A DNA stretch of 64,000 nt from Chryseolinea sp. (GCA_035489615.1 DATHKA010000522.1:2420-66419), one strand, 5' to 3'; shown: positions 1 through 11,234, numbered from the stretch's first letter. The notes: a model not told the origin generated them from the sequence alone. Translations and numbers: made by a program.

Positions 1-304
1 AGATCAAGGGCATACCCTACTAATTTAGTGAAAAGCCACCACAAAAGTGGGTGGGATTACTTGTATGGAAATTTGGCAGGGCCTCTTCCGCACCAACCAT
101 GCACAGCAGGGGTGTGAGGTGCTCGATTTCTGACCAAACGAGGTCTAAATAAGCTGGAAATACACGTCCGTGGAGTGATCGTCCCGTGACGCATGCTGTT
201 GTGAATGGTTACCGGCTTTTTGTCAATGTATGGGAAGGCGACGGTCAAAAGTGGACCTCAGGTACGCAGACATTTTCCGATCTGCCTGGCGTGGAGAATA
301 TGAT

Positions 305-2782
305 TTACTCATATTTGAGCGCCTTAACCGGACTTTCCAATGTCCTCCTGAGGCTGATAATGATCACCACGGTCAAGGTTACTACGAATAGGATCAATAC
401 GGGCAGCCCGACTACCTGCCATCCAACGCCAACAGCATTGGCAAATTGGCTGAGCCATTGCTGTCCTCCAAAAAAAATCACGGGAACAGCTACAACATAT
501 GTGCCCATGAGAATGCGAATAAGGTCGTGGGAAAATAAATACAAAATACGTATAACTGGTGCGCCGAGCACTTTTCGTATCCCGATCTCCTTGGTGCGTT
601 GTGACACTGTAAAGACGGTGAGACCTATTAACCCAAGGCATGTGATTACGATCGCAAGGCCGGTGAAAATTCCGACAAGTTGTCCAAGCTTTTTGTCGGC
701 TTGGTATTGCTGGTTATAGTAGTCGTTGAGTCGATAGCTCACAAACGGATTGTCAGGAAAAATATTTTTAAAAATGTCGCGTGTCAGGGAGAGATTGGCC
801 GCTGAATTTTTATTTGTCATACGGAGAGAAAAATATTTCCAGGTCGTCCACTGGGGTTGCATATAGGCGATGGCCTCGAATGGATCTTTCAATGACAACT
901 GATGGTGATCATTCACAATTCCGATGATCTCGGCGTTCCGTTCATCAGGTCCCCACCAAAACCTTACTTTCTCGTTCAAGGCCGTTTGGGGAGTAAGCCC
1001 CATCCGGCGCACGAACTCCTGGTTAACCACTAAACGGATCATCTCCGCTTCTGGTGCCCTCCGGAAATTCATTGTCTCATGGTCGGTAAATTTTCTTCCT
1101 TCTATCAATCGAATCCCATAGGTGCTGAAGAAACTGGTATCGACACCAAGCATGGCAGATCCAAACGCTTCATCGTTGTTACCACCCATACGGGAAATGC
1201 CGGTCGTTTCGATGATGGGTTGGCCGGGAATGTTGGCCGAAGAGGTCATGTTTACGATCCCAGGAGCTTCGAGCAGTGATTTCTTTAGAAAATTAATCTT
1301 GCTGTTGGTAGCAGAGTCATACACGGCGGGACCCTCTACGACCACGATTTCATCCTTTGTGTATCCGGTATCCTGCGACTGCAGAAAAGATAACTGTTGA
1401 TATAAGAGCACCGTTCCGGCGATCAGCAACAAGGCGACAAAATACTGGAAAGATATCATGGCCTTGCGTGCCGTTGCCCCCGATGACGATTTCAGGAATT
1501 TTCCTTTGAGCACTATGGCGGGGTTGAAAGACGACAACAACAATGCCGGATAGCCACCAATAACCACAACACCTGTCATGAGTGAAAGCATGACTACGCA
1601 CACGACCGTTGGAGAGGAAAATAATACCAGCGGCATCTGTTTACCAACGAGGTGCTGAAACGCAGGCCATAATGCCGTAACCAGACAGCCAGCTATCAGG
1701 GCAGAGATTGAGTTAACCACCAATGCATCCATTAGAAACTGGAGCACCAGTTGTTGGCGCGTTGCGCCAACAACTTTACGCAGTCCCACCTCTTTTGAGC
1801 GATCCAGTGCCTTAGCTGTGGAAAGGTTAATATAGTTGACCCACGCGATGAACAAAATCAGAACTGCTAACAGGGTAAGAAAATAGGTTGTCCGGGTATC
1901 ACTAACCGGTGATTGTTCATTGTTAAGCCCCGAGCGTAGGTGGATGTCACCGACAGGTTGAAGCGCGAACCGCGTATGATACTCCTGGTAGTCCGCAAAC
2001 TCGGGTGCACGCTTCTTCAGGAACGTGTTGATCTTGATGTCAAACGCAGCTGGATCACTGCCGGGAGCAAGCTCAAGATAAGTATAGAATACGGACCAGC
2101 CCCAAAAATTGTCACCGTCAAATGTGCTGCCGGTAGTTGAATACGAGAGTAATATGTCAAATTTAAGATGTGAGTTTTCCGGTATGTTTTTCAGCACGCC
2201 GGTGACGATCATGCTTACTTCGCGGTTAAGCGATAGTGATTTTCCCAGTGCTGGTTCGTCACCAAAGTATTTGCGGGCAACGGACTCTGTAATAACAATC
2301 GAGTTTGGTTCTTTCAATGCGGTTTCGGCATTACCCGATAACAAAGGGAAGTCAAACATATCGAGAAACCGTGCGTCGGCGAAGTAGACATACTCTTCGT
2401 TGAAAGCTACCAGCGAGCTTTCTAACGGGCGCGAAAATTCAAGCGCATTCGTAACGCTCTTGGTCAATGACGACGTAAAAAGGGATGACTTTACAAGTCT
2501 TGCATAGTTGAGCACTTCAGGAAATTCCTGTTTCAACGCGGGACCTGCGGCGGAGGTATTGGATGCATTACCACCGTTAACCGATTCCCCTTTAAAGTAT
2601 TTCAGCGATACCCGGTAGAGCCGTTTGTTTTGAAAGTCGTCATATCCGGATTCGAACTGCACGTATTGATATAATAGAAAAGCGGCAGCAATGGCGATCG
2701 CGAATCCGCATACCGTAATCAGAGAGAAAACCTTGTTACGCAACATGGTGCGTATGGTTACGAGAAAATAGTTCCTGATCAT
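305..2782 (-). CDS. ABC transporter permease (MacB/FtsX duplicated, Bacteroidota type)
   Basis: 825-aa ORF. Starts MIRNYF..R...RNK.FS.I; carries AWVNYINLSTA..R.KEVG.RKV.GA and QRTKEIGIRKVLGA motifs; ends SPVKALKYE. Confidence 0.93.
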   Translation of the reverse strand: MIRNYFLVTIRTMLRNKVFSLITVCGFAIAIAAAFLLYQYVQFESGYDDFQNKRLYRVSLKYFKGESVNGGNASNTSAAGPALKQEFPEVLNYARLVKSSLFTSSLTKSVTNALEFSRPLESSLVAFNEEYVYFADARFLDMFDFPLLSGNAETALKEPNSIVITESVARKYFGDEPALGKSLSLNREVSMIVTGVLKNIPENSHLKFDILLSYSTTGSTFDGDNFWGWSVFYTYLELAPGSDPAAFDIKINTFLKKRAPEFADYQEYHTRFALQPVGDIHLRSGLNNEQSPVSDTRTTYFLTLLAVLILFIAWVNYINLSTAKALDRSKEVGLRKVVGATRQQLVLQFLMDALVVNSISALIAGCLVTALWPAFQHLVGKQMPLVLFSSPTVVCVVMLSLMTGVVVIGGYPALLLSSFNPAIVLKGKFLKSSSGATARKAMISFQYFVALLLIAGTVLLYQQLSFLQSQDTGYTKDEIVVVEGPAVYDSATNSKINFLKKSLLEAPGIVNMTSSANIPGQPIIETTGISRMGGNNDEAFGSAMLGVDTSFFSTYGIRLIEGRKFTDHETMNFRRAPEAEMIRLVVNQEFVRRMGLTPQTALNEKVRFWWGPDERNAEIIGIVNDHHQLSLKDPFEAIAYMQPQWTTWKYFSLRMTNKNSAANLSLTRDIFKNIFPDNPFVSYRLNDYYNQQYQADKKLGQLVGIFTGLAIVITCLGLIGLTVFTVSQRTKEIGIRKVLGAPVIRILYLFSHDLIRILMGTYVVAVPVIFFGGQQWLSQFANAVGVGWQVVGLPVLILFVVTLTVVIIISLRRTLESPVKALKYE

Positions 2783-3156
2783 GGCGGTGGTTTTTGGTGA
2801 TGAGGTTGTATTTAAATAGTCTGTGTTTTGGGCGATTGGAGAGCTCCTCGTTTCTTTTGTGTCTTCACAGTGTCGTACACGCGCCTCAGTTCCTCATCAT
2901 GGTCATAAAGAGCATTGTACTGTTCAAGATTGGTGCCATACTTAAACGGCCACATGGCGCTAAAAACTCAATCGATTTATTCATTATGGTTCGGATACGA
3001 ACAAACTCGTCCGCGTTCGGTCAATGACTCTAGTCATGGCTCTACAAGACTTGGCAAGCGGTAAAAATCCAAGAGCTATCAGGGAGGCGTAGATTCGAAC
3101 CTGACAACGTCAAAAACGCAATGAGTGATTCGATTGAACGACCAGTAGGCGGAACG

Positions 3157-3546
3157 TTAAAGTGCCGACTTCGATACGATTCGTTTTACCATGTGCACAA
3201 GCGGAACATAGTCCTTTAGTGAGACAGGCTTGCAATAGAAATAGCTGCATCCCAGATCAAAACAACGTGCCTCGTCATTCTTGCTGGATGACGCTGTTAA
3301 TATAATGACCGGGATATCTTTGAGTGTTGGATGAGTCTTGATTTCCTGCAGTGTTTCAAATCCGTTTTTAACAGGCATATTTAAGTCCATCACAATTACA
3401 TCAGGAGTCGCTTTAGGTTTGACCAATTTCTCCAAGAGTACGCGACCATTATTGGCAGTGTCCACGGGCCCCTTATAACTGTGAATAGAAAGCGCCTCTC
3501 TTACGAAAGCAATATCATCTTCGTCATCATCAACCAGAAATACCAT
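3157..3546 (-). CDS. Single-domain response regulator (receiver)
   Basis: LVDDDEDD, DVIVMDLNMP, ILTAS and KP receiver motifs. Start placed at ATG 3546 because the ORF-track start (3606) leaves only 2 bp to the divergent gene. Confidence 0.88.
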   Translation of the reverse strand: MVFLVDDDEDDIAFVREALSIHSYKGPVDTANNGRVLLEKLVKPKATPDVIVMDLNMPVKNGFETLQEIKTHPTLKDIPVIILTASSSKNDEARCFDLGCSYFYCKPVSLKDYVPLVHMVKRIVSKSAL

Positions 3547-3608
3547 TTCTTCAGACGTTTCATGCAAAATAGCTAATTTAGTAGGAAGTATAGGACCTAA
3601 TTCCACCT

Positions 3609-4418
3609 ATGGACATAAGGAAGAGAAATAATGTGAAGATACTGGGAAATGGCTCTACGCCAATGGTGTTTGCTCACGGTTTCGGCTGCGATCAAAACAT
3701 GTGGCGGTTTATATCTCCTGCTTTCGAACAAGCCTATAAAATAGTTTTGTTTGACTATGTAGGCGCAGGAAGGTCTGACGTCGGTGCGTACAACGAGGAG
3801 AGGTATTCCAACTTGAATGGCTATGCGCAAGATGTATTAGAGATTTGCCACGAACTTGATCTTAAGAATATAATATTTATCGGACACTCTGTTAGCAGTA
3901 TGATTGGTTTGCTTGCTGCAATAAAGGAGCCCGGACGCTTCGATTGTCTGGTAATGATTGGGCCCTCGCCGTGTTACATTAACGACATTGGATATAAGGG
4001 CGGATTCGAACGAAGAGATATCGAGGAGCTTTTGGAGACGATGGACAAAAATTACATCGGATGGGCCAATTTCCTTGCGCCAGCGATCATGAAAAATCCT
4101 GATCGCCCGGAGCTTGGTCAGGAGTTGACAGCAAGTTTTTGCTCCACTGATCCCAAAATTGCGAAGCAGTTCGCCAAGGCTACTTTCTTTTCAGACAACA
4201 GGCGTGATCTATCTAAAGTCACCATACCTTCCTTGATTATGCAGTGTTCGGATGATATTATAGCTCCGTATGAGGTCGGGGATTATCTTTACGCAAATCT
4301 GCCGATCAGTACATTGAGAGTTTTGAAGGCGACGGGTCATTGCCCACACATGAGCGAGCCTGAAGAAACAATTGAAGTCATCCGACAATATCTTCAAGAT
4401 AAAGCAGTCGCAAGTTGA
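3609..4418 (+). CDS. rsbQ: RsbQ/KAI2-like alpha/beta hydrolase
   Basis: FAHGFGCDQNMWR, LFDYVG, GHSVS nucleophile elbow, GPSPCYIND and GHCPH; typical RsbQ signature. Confidence 0.9.
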   Translation: MDIRKRNNVKILGNGSTPMVFAHGFGCDQNMWRFISPAFEQAYKIVLFDYVGAGRSDVGAYNEERYSNLNGYAQDVLEICHELDLKNIIFIGHSVSSMIGLLAAIKEPGRFDCLVMIGPSPCYINDIGYKGGFERRDIEELLETMDKNYIGWANFLAPAIMKNPDRPELGQELTASFCSTDPKIAKQFAKATFFSDNRRDLSKVTIPSLIMQCSDDIIAPYEVGDYLYANLPISTLRVLKATGHCPHMSEPEETIEVIRQYLQDKAVAS

Positions 4419-5639
4419 ATGAGTAACTGGCTAGACGTCGCACCATGCGGTTATTTATCATTCAAGGATGACGGATCGATCATATATTTGAATCAAACCT
4501 TATCAGGATGGCTTGGATATAGCACAGCCGAACTGCTGGGCACAAAGGTGGAGCATATTTTTACCGTGGCTACGCGAATCTTCCACAATACGCACTTTTT
4601 TCCCCTGCTGAAATTGCATGCAAAAGCCGAAGAGATTTTCTTATCACTTCGTGCAAAAAATGAAGACAATATTCCCGTATTGGCTAGCGCAGAAAGACGT
4701 GTGGAGGATGGCATGGCTATCAACCATTGCGTCTTCATCGCAATATTTCAACGCCAGAAGTATGAAGAAGAAATTCTAGCTGCCAGACGTGAAGCAGAAA
4801 AGGCGTTGAAGGAAAACAAATACCTTGAAGAACTAAGGAACTCGCTGGAAATACACACGCTGGAATTGGAACAACAATATCAGAAACAGCTGGTTCAACA
4901 TAAAAATCTAACGCAATTCAACAAGATTGTCTCACATGATTTACAGGAACCGATTCGTAAAATATTGCTATTTTCTGACATACTGATCAATGATTTGGGC
5001 GCCACCCTTAACGAGAAAAATTTAACAACCATCTCAAGGATCAAAGACGCCTCGACGAGGTTGAGGGGACTCACAACCGGATTACAGCAATACCTCACGG
5101 TTGACGCTGATCAAATGGATACGGATGTAGATCTCAATGCTGTTCTGGAAACGGCAAAAAAGAGAGTCATTGATGGCCGGCACCTGCAGGAATTGGACCT
5201 GGTTTACAAAAAAATGCCAGTGATTCGTGGTTATCGGGCGCAACTTGAATTGCTGTTTTACCATCTGTTTGACAATGCCGTTCAATTTGCTGATCCGATT
5301 CGATCCTTGCGGATTAACATCACTTGGGTATTAAGCGACGAGAATATTTACAAGATGGAAAAGAATAAATACTTGTTCGTCGAGCACCTTCGATTGACTG
5401 TATCTGACAATGGGATAGGTTTTGAAAATGAGTATAAGGAATACGTAACCGGACTTTTGAATAAGCTTAACCCATCCACAGAGGGCTTAGGTATTGGTTT
5501 ATCTATCATTACAAAGGTCATAGATAATCACAGTGGCACTTTGTACATCGAATCGAAGAGAAATACGGGTACGTCGTTTTCCCTGCTGATCCCAACAAAG
5601 ATTCATAGCCGGCCAGACCGCACGGGCAGTGCGTCGTAG
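4419..5639 (+). CDS. PAS-domain sensor histidine kinase
   Basis: N-terminal RsbP-like PAS (APCGYL..D.G.I...N.TL..WLGY), H-box SHDLQEPIRK, N-box DNA, G1 DNGIG, G2 GLGIGL. Start abuts the rsbQ stop (TGA ATG). Confidence 0.92.
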   Translation: MSNWLDVAPCGYLSFKDDGSIIYLNQTLSGWLGYSTAELLGTKVEHIFTVATRIFHNTHFFPLLKLHAKAEEIFLSLRAKNEDNIPVLASAERRVEDGMAINHCVFIAIFQRQKYEEEILAARREAEKALKENKYLEELRNSLEIHTLELEQQYQKQLVQHKNLTQFNKIVSHDLQEPIRKILLFSDILINDLGATLNEKNLTTISRIKDASTRLRGLTTGLQQYLTVDADQMDTDVDLNAVLETAKKRVIDGRHLQELDLVYKKMPVIRGYRAQLELLFYHLFDNAVQFADPIRSLRINITWVLSDENIYKMEKNKYLFVEHLRLTVSDNGIGFENEYKEYVTGLLNKLNPSTEGLGIGLSIITKVIDNHSGTLYIESKRNTGTSFSLLIPTKIHSRPDRTGSAS

Positions 5640-6382
5640 AAGTGCCAGTCCACTCTACCGGACCTGGTGGTTTAGCACTGAAATTATCCAGTACCGGGTT
5701 CATGAACTCATGGCGCTGTTCGAGAATGGCAAAGTATGGATCATGAGAGAGCAAATAATTCAACAAAAGCTTGTATTTAATTCAAACTTGCGGCATTTTA
5801 AGTCGCTTAACGTTAACTGTCACTGTTGTATGATCCGGGTCAATCGTAATTCGTTCTATGTCATTTTTCTGATCGTTTCCGGGCCCATTTTTTTGGTGAT
5901 CTTGTTAGGGACGCTCGCTGTTCGATGGGCGATAGGTCGGATTCGAAATCTTCCTGTTTTTCGGCGGGAAATTGATTATGGTGCTAATTCAAGAAAATAG
6001 TTCTGCGCTTTGTTATCCCTATCCACGGGTGGAGTAGGGCATGTTTATGAAATTGAATATTTACTATTTTTTGGTATTGCCTAACTAATTAGTGCTACTT
6101 CTATGTCAAGCTAAGTTTGGTGTGTTCGCTTTGAGTTGGGATAGGGCAACGAATGTGAGCCAAAAGAAATCCATTTATCGCTGACGCCCGTAGATTTTGA
6201 TTGGGCGCCGTCAATCCCCGCCCACACGATGACTTGAAGTAGGATTAGTAACTGGCATGCGTGCAGCAGATATCTATATTACGGGACGCTGTTCATACGC
6301 AGGGCATGAAGACCGCTTCCGAACGAGGAGGTTCAAAACCCTATTGTCACGTTTGTTCGAGGGGAAATTTGAACATTACCAG

Positions 6383-6847
6383 TCAGACAGCGCGACCGTC
6401 GCATATATTTATCATTCCATAAATCGTCAGGGATAGTACAACGTGCCCCAGGGCGATTACCAATAGGTAAACGTGCAATTCGACTGGTGGAGGTCCAGGA
6501 TGAATATGAAAAAATAGACGCCAACCGATCACCGCCACAACGCCAATCAGTACTCCATAAAAAAGGCTTCCAATAAGCAGAGATTCTGCCTTTCCTGTCA
6601 CCAAGCCATGGAAGCCGAAGGTGAATATAATTCCAATGGCATAGTGAATGAAATTTGCGATCAATACCATTGACCTGGGGGGCACTGATCTCAAATTGGT
6701 CGCACGGTTAAATAAGAGCATATTCCCAAGGATTCTAACAACGTGATATGGCCGCTTAATGATTGCGAATACAGACTCAGTGAATAGGGTCATAGCCAGC
6801 GTTGAAAGAATGCCAATAGGTAAATTTTCAATCATCATCCTGGCCAT
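6383..6847 (-). CDS. Hypothetical 4-TM membrane protein (DUF2938-like)
   Basis: 154 aa with four hydrophobic segments and an HYAIGIIF motif; family recalled only. Confidence 0.6.
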   Translation of the reverse strand: MARMMIENLPIGILSTLAMTLFTESVFAIIKRPYHVVRILGNMLLFNRATNLRSVPPRSMVLIANFIHYAIGIIFTFGFHGLVTGKAESLLIGSLFYGVLIGVVAVIGWRLFFHIHPGPPPVELHVYLLVIALGHVVLSLTIYGMINICDGRAV

Positions 6848-7285
6848 AGATTTGTATTTTCCGATTCAAAACATTGCCTGAGCAAAATTTCTAAGAGTCC
6901 GAGCGGTTTTCCAGCATTTCCCGACATGTCAACCGCGGCTTCGAGTAATTGGTCACGACAATTGAACCCAATAAGGTGCCAAAATCATGGCACTGTGATC
7001 TGGCCTCCCCTGGAATAACACACAATGACCGCGGTGCGACAGGTACGGAAAAGACTGAGTTCATTTTCTTCAGACAGACTCAGAAACGAAAGGCCGGCGT
7101 GCCCATATTTAAAAATCGTGATGTCCACAACTGAACACTTTGATTTGGGCTGTGCAGCAAATGACCGAATTTATGGCCTACAGAGACTTGGCATCATTGT
7201 TAATACACCTGGGCCGCCGAGTCGATCATCGTTATAAGGCCTGGCAATTTGCTCAACCTATCTCAAGCAATTACAACGCCCTGCC

Positions 7286-9709
7286 ATGTTCAAGCGCTAT
7301 TTCAAAATCGGATGGAGAAACCAGATGAAACACAAGGGTCTGTTTGCCATTAATATTGGTGGGCTCGCCCTTGGCATAGCCACCTGCCTCGTTATTTCGC
7401 TTTTCGTGGTGGACGAACTAAGTTATGATCGATACAATGAGCACGCAGATCGAATCGTCCGTGTGGTGCTGAAGGGAAGGGTAAACGGTGAGACGATCAA
7501 AGAGGCCATCACGCCGGCGCCTGTGGCGCCCACCCTGAAAGCTGAATTTCCGGAGGTGGAGGAAGGCACCCGTATTCGCCGTGTGGGCAGACCGAAGATT
7601 GCTTATGAAAACACAACGTTTCGAACCAGTGAGGTAGCGTTTGTAGATCCAAATTTCTTTAGGGTTTTCTCGTTGCATTTTATCCAGGGCGATCCTATGA
7701 TCGCGCTGAAAAATCCGGGCAGTATCGTTATCACAGAAAGTGACGCCAAAAAATATTTTGGCAACGAAGATCCCCTGAACAAGGTGCTAGATTTTAAAGA
7801 CGCGAAAGAACAGTATAAGATTACCGGCGTGATCGAAGACGTGCCCACCAATTCCCATTTTCATTTCGACTTGTTCGCCTCCATGGAAGGAATGGAAGAT
7901 GCAAAAAATACCAACTGGATGGCTTCCAACTATTTTAACTACCTACTGCTGCGCGACGGCGCCAGCTATAAGACGTTGGAGTCAAAGCTGCCGGCAATTG
8001 TCACAAAGTATATGGGCCCCCAGGTCGAACAGATGGGGATGACCTACGAGAAATTCAAACAAAACGGAAATGAGGTTGGGCTGTTCTTCCAACCGATCAC
8101 TGACATTCACCTGCACTCGGAATTCACCAGCCAAACCGAGATGGAAGCCGGCGGAAATATTAAGGACGTCTTCATCTTCGCGGCCGTGGCGATATTCATG
8201 TTGCTGATCGCCTGTGTAAATTTTATGAACCTTTCCACTGCTGCGGCGAGCAGGCGAAATAAGGAAATTGGTGTGAGGAAAGTGTTGGGCTCGCAGCGCA
8301 GGCAATTGGTTCAACAGTTTATTGCTGAATCGTTTATTACCACCGCTGTTGCCATGATTGTGGCGGTGCTGTTGGTCGACCTCTCGGCGCCCGTCTTTAA
8401 TCGCCTCGCAGGTAAACAGCTGGATCCAATGTTCTTGTTTAACCCACAGGTCCTCATAGTGCTGGGCATATTCACACTTGTAGTGACACTCCTCGCGGGC
8501 AGCTATCCTGCCTTCCTGCTCTCTTCCCTCAGACCTATTACAGCGCTCAAAAATGGAATAACGGGCACCGCACGAAGCAAAACCATCCGAAGTGCGCTCG
8601 TAGTATTCCAGTTTGTAATATCGGCAGCGTTGATTCTTTCGATCATTATTGTTGACCAGCAGCTTGACTACATACAACACAAGGCGCTGGGCTACGAACG
8701 AGATCAATTGCTTGTACTCCGCGACAGCTACCTCCTGGGGAATAACGAAAATGCCTTTAAGAATCAGCTTGCTGCTGATCCGCGCGTGGCTGGTCTCTCC
8801 ATGTCTGCATATTTACCTGCCGGCTCGACCCATAATAGCATGACCGGTGTATATCCCGGTCAACAAAAAGAAGCCATTCGAAGAACAATTTTGTTCAATG
8901 TAGATGACCAGTACATCACCACGATGGGCATGCGTTTAACCACAGGAAGAAATTTTTCTGGGATACCGGCAAATGATTCACTTAATGTTATAATCAATGA
9001 GACTGCCGTGAAAGCTTTCGAACTCGGCGATCAGGCCGTGGGCCGACAATTAACCGGTAATGTTGGTCCGGAGGGTGCTGCTCGTACGCTGACCGTGATT
9101 GGTGTAGTTAAGGACTTTCATTTTCGTTCGCTCCACGAACCAATCGCTCCGCTCATCATGCTGAACAATCCTTTTGGTGGGTTAATCATTCGCGCAAAGT
9201 CGGAAGATATGCCTAATCTATTATCGACGATCGAGACTAAATGGAAGTCTTTTGGTGCCGGAGAGCCCCTCTCATTCGGCTTGTTAAATGAATTGTATGC
9301 TGAGACCTATGTTGCAGAACAGAAGACCGGAAACATCATGCGGATTTTTGGTGCCCTGACAATCCTCGTCGCTTGTCTCGGCCTTTTCGGATTGGTCACG
9401 TTCACGGCGGAACAAAGGGTAAAAGAAATAGGCATACGAAAAGTACTCGGTGCCGATGTGACCGAAATCGTGGCGCTTCTATCGAGGGACTTGTTGGTGC
9501 TTGTCGTCATATCATTCTTCATCGCCTTTCCATTGGGCTACTATGTGATGAACATATGGCTCGAAGACTTTGTTTACAGAGTCGATATAGAATGGTGGGT
9601 GTTCGGACTTACAGGTGTGAGTACCTTGTTCGTAGCATTTTGCACCATGACGCTAAAGACCGTGAAGGCTGGACTGGCCAATCCAATAAAGTCGTTGCGA
9701 ATGGAGTAG
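7286..9709 (+). CDS. ABC transporter permease (MacB/FtsX duplicated)
   Basis: 807 aa; ACVNFMNLSTA, KEIGVRKVLGS, EQRVKEIGIRKVLGA; ends NPIKSLRME. Confidence 0.93.
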   Translation: MFKRYFKIGWRNQMKHKGLFAINIGGLALGIATCLVISLFVVDELSYDRYNEHADRIVRVVLKGRVNGETIKEAITPAPVAPTLKAEFPEVEEGTRIRRVGRPKIAYENTTFRTSEVAFVDPNFFRVFSLHFIQGDPMIALKNPGSIVITESDAKKYFGNEDPLNKVLDFKDAKEQYKITGVIEDVPTNSHFHFDLFASMEGMEDAKNTNWMASNYFNYLLLRDGASYKTLESKLPAIVTKYMGPQVEQMGMTYEKFKQNGNEVGLFFQPITDIHLHSEFTSQTEMEAGGNIKDVFIFAAVAIFMLLIACVNFMNLSTAAASRRNKEIGVRKVLGSQRRQLVQQFIAESFITTAVAMIVAVLLVDLSAPVFNRLAGKQLDPMFLFNPQVLIVLGIFTLVVTLLAGSYPAFLLSSLRPITALKNGITGTARSKTIRSALVVFQFVISAALILSIIIVDQQLDYIQHKALGYERDQLLVLRDSYLLGNNENAFKNQLAADPRVAGLSMSAYLPAGSTHNSMTGVYPGQQKEAIRRTILFNVDDQYITTMGMRLTTGRNFSGIPANDSLNVIINETAVKAFELGDQAVGRQLTGNVGPEGAARTLTVIGVVKDFHFRSLHEPIAPLIMLNNPFGGLIIRAKSEDMPNLLSTIETKWKSFGAGEPLSFGLLNELYAETYVAEQKTGNIMRIFGALTILVACLGLFGLVTFTAEQRVKEIGIRKVLGADVTEIVALLSRDLLVLVVISFFIAFPLGYYVMNIWLEDFVYRVDIEWWVFGLTGVSTLFVAFCTMTLKTVKAGLANPIKSLRME

Positions 9710-9755
9710 GAAATTGTCGATGCTAAGGCTCGAACAAGGTCTCACACCAAGGTAG

Positions 9756-11114
9756 TCAGGGTCTGATGATCGTCCCATCGCGCTTGCGGACCTGCCAGTT
9801 TGATTTACTCGAAATCGGGTACTTAGCTGCCTCTTTTTCGTTGATGTCTACGCCCAGTCCCGGCACTTCATTAACTGACATGTAACCGTTGTTCATCGTC
9901 GGACATCCACTGAACACTTCGAGCATTTTGTCGGAGAAACTCACCGCCTCCTGAATACCGAAGTTCCAGACTGCAAGATCAATATGTGCGTGGGCGGCGT
10001 GGCCAACGGGCGAAACATCTCCAGGTCCGTGGAATGCCGTTCTGATATTGAACCATTCGCCCAGGCGCGCAATCTTCATGGCCGGCGTGATTCCGCCGAT
10101 CTGCGAAACGTGAACCCTGATGAAATCGAACCACTGGTTAACCATCGGCATTTTAAATTCGTTGATGTTGTTGAACAATTCACCCATCGCAATAGGCACT
10201 GAGGTACTTGCCCGCAGCTGCTTGAACCATTCCATATTTTCGGGCGAGAATGGATCCTCGACAAAGAATGGATGAAATTCATCCAGTTTCTTGATCATGT
10301 TGATGGCGTCCATCGGTTGTACGCGCTCGTGAATATCATGCAGCAATTCAATCTCATCACCGCATTGTTTGCGAACCATTTCAAACATTTTAGGCACGGA
10401 CTTCAAATACATCTGCTCATTCATGTAGTTGTCTGTTTCGTAGCCATATCCGGCTTTTTTGAAATCCGGCTGTTCATTGAGACTGCCCACTGCCCCATAG
10501 CCTCCCTGTTGAATGCGTATGTACTTGAATCCGCGTTCCATAATTTTTTTGACGTCTTCGGCAACCGCTTCCGGGGAGTTACCTCCTGCGTGTGTATAAC
10601 ACGGTACGGCAAAACGTGATTTGCCACCCAGTAATTGATACACTGGCATGTTCGCACGCTTGCCTTTAATATCCCACAGCGCCTCGTCCAGGCCGCTAAG
10701 CGCATTATTCAGAACAGGGCCGTTACGCCAGTACGAACTCACGTATGCGGAATTCCACATGTCTTCGATGTTGTCAACATCTTTGCCGACGCAGAATTCG
10801 TTGAGATACGTATTGACCGCTGTTACAACAGAAAACGCCCGCTGCGTAAATGTCGCACAACCCAATCCATAGAGGCCAGGCTCAGATGTCTCAACTTTCA
10901 CCACAATCAGGTTGGAACCCTGTGGCGCCGTGGCAATCGCCTTCACACTTTTTATCTTTACGGGCGGCAACCCTTTCGCATAGGCTGGCTTGCTGTCGCG
11001 CGCTTCTGCGTTTGTCCCGGAAATCAGACTCAATACGCCGGCAGCAGACGTCGCTCCAATTGTTTTCAGTAAGTCACGGCGACCAGCCATGAATCGATTG
11101 TCATTTTTATTCAT
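9756..11114 (-). CDS. Enolase-superfamily acid-sugar dehydratase (ManD/RspA subgroup) with Tat signal
   Basis: SYWRNGPV, LWDIKGK, LLHDIHER, EDP, GELFN and FHGPGDVSPVG motifs; N-terminal RRDLLK plus hydrophobic stretch and AEA cleavage site. Confidence 0.88.
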   Translation of the reverse strand: MNKNDNRFMAGRRDLLKTIGATSAAGVLSLISGTNAEARDSKPAYAKGLPPVKIKSVKAIATAPQGSNLIVVKVETSEPGLYGLGCATFTQRAFSVVTAVNTYLNEFCVGKDVDNIEDMWNSAYVSSYWRNGPVLNNALSGLDEALWDIKGKRANMPVYQLLGGKSRFAVPCYTHAGGNSPEAVAEDVKKIMERGFKYIRIQQGGYGAVGSLNEQPDFKKAGYGYETDNYMNEQMYLKSVPKMFEMVRKQCGDEIELLHDIHERVQPMDAINMIKKLDEFHPFFVEDPFSPENMEWFKQLRASTSVPIAMGELFNNINEFKMPMVNQWFDFIRVHVSQIGGITPAMKIARLGEWFNIRTAFHGPGDVSPVGHAAHAHIDLAVWNFGIQEAVSFSDKMLEVFSGCPTMNNGYMSVNEVPGLGVDINEKEAAKYPISSKSNWQVRKRDGTIIRP

Positions 11115-11234
11115 CGTTTCGTTCGTTTAGATTTAAAAGAAAGGCGCTGTCCATATTGACGTTGCTTGCGTAGTGAACATTTCAAGACGTACAGAGCCAT
11201 ATACATAATGGAAGTGCTTATTTAAACCAGAGGC

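Noticed and set aside
1-300. Hairpin CCACCAC-AAAA-GTGGGTGG near 37-55 and short ORFs 57..248 and 186..719
   Set aside because: No recognisable protein or IS motif in any frame; the 186..719 ORF is mostly antisense to the permease. The hairpin is at most a weak terminator.
2812-2955. 47-aa minus-strand ORF MWPFKYGTNLEQYNALYDHDEEL... upstream of the permease
   Set aside because: Protein-like composition but no recognisable family and no independent support.
3080-3110. GATTCGAACC resembling a tRNA T-loop (possible att site)
   Set aside because: The T-stem does not pair, there is no cloverleaf, and no integrase is nearby.
5629-6380. ORFs 5629..6000 (+) and 5518..5766 (-) and hairpin at 6017-6039
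   Set aside because: No motifs, overlap with the kinase gene; the hairpin has no U-tract and no second copy was seen.
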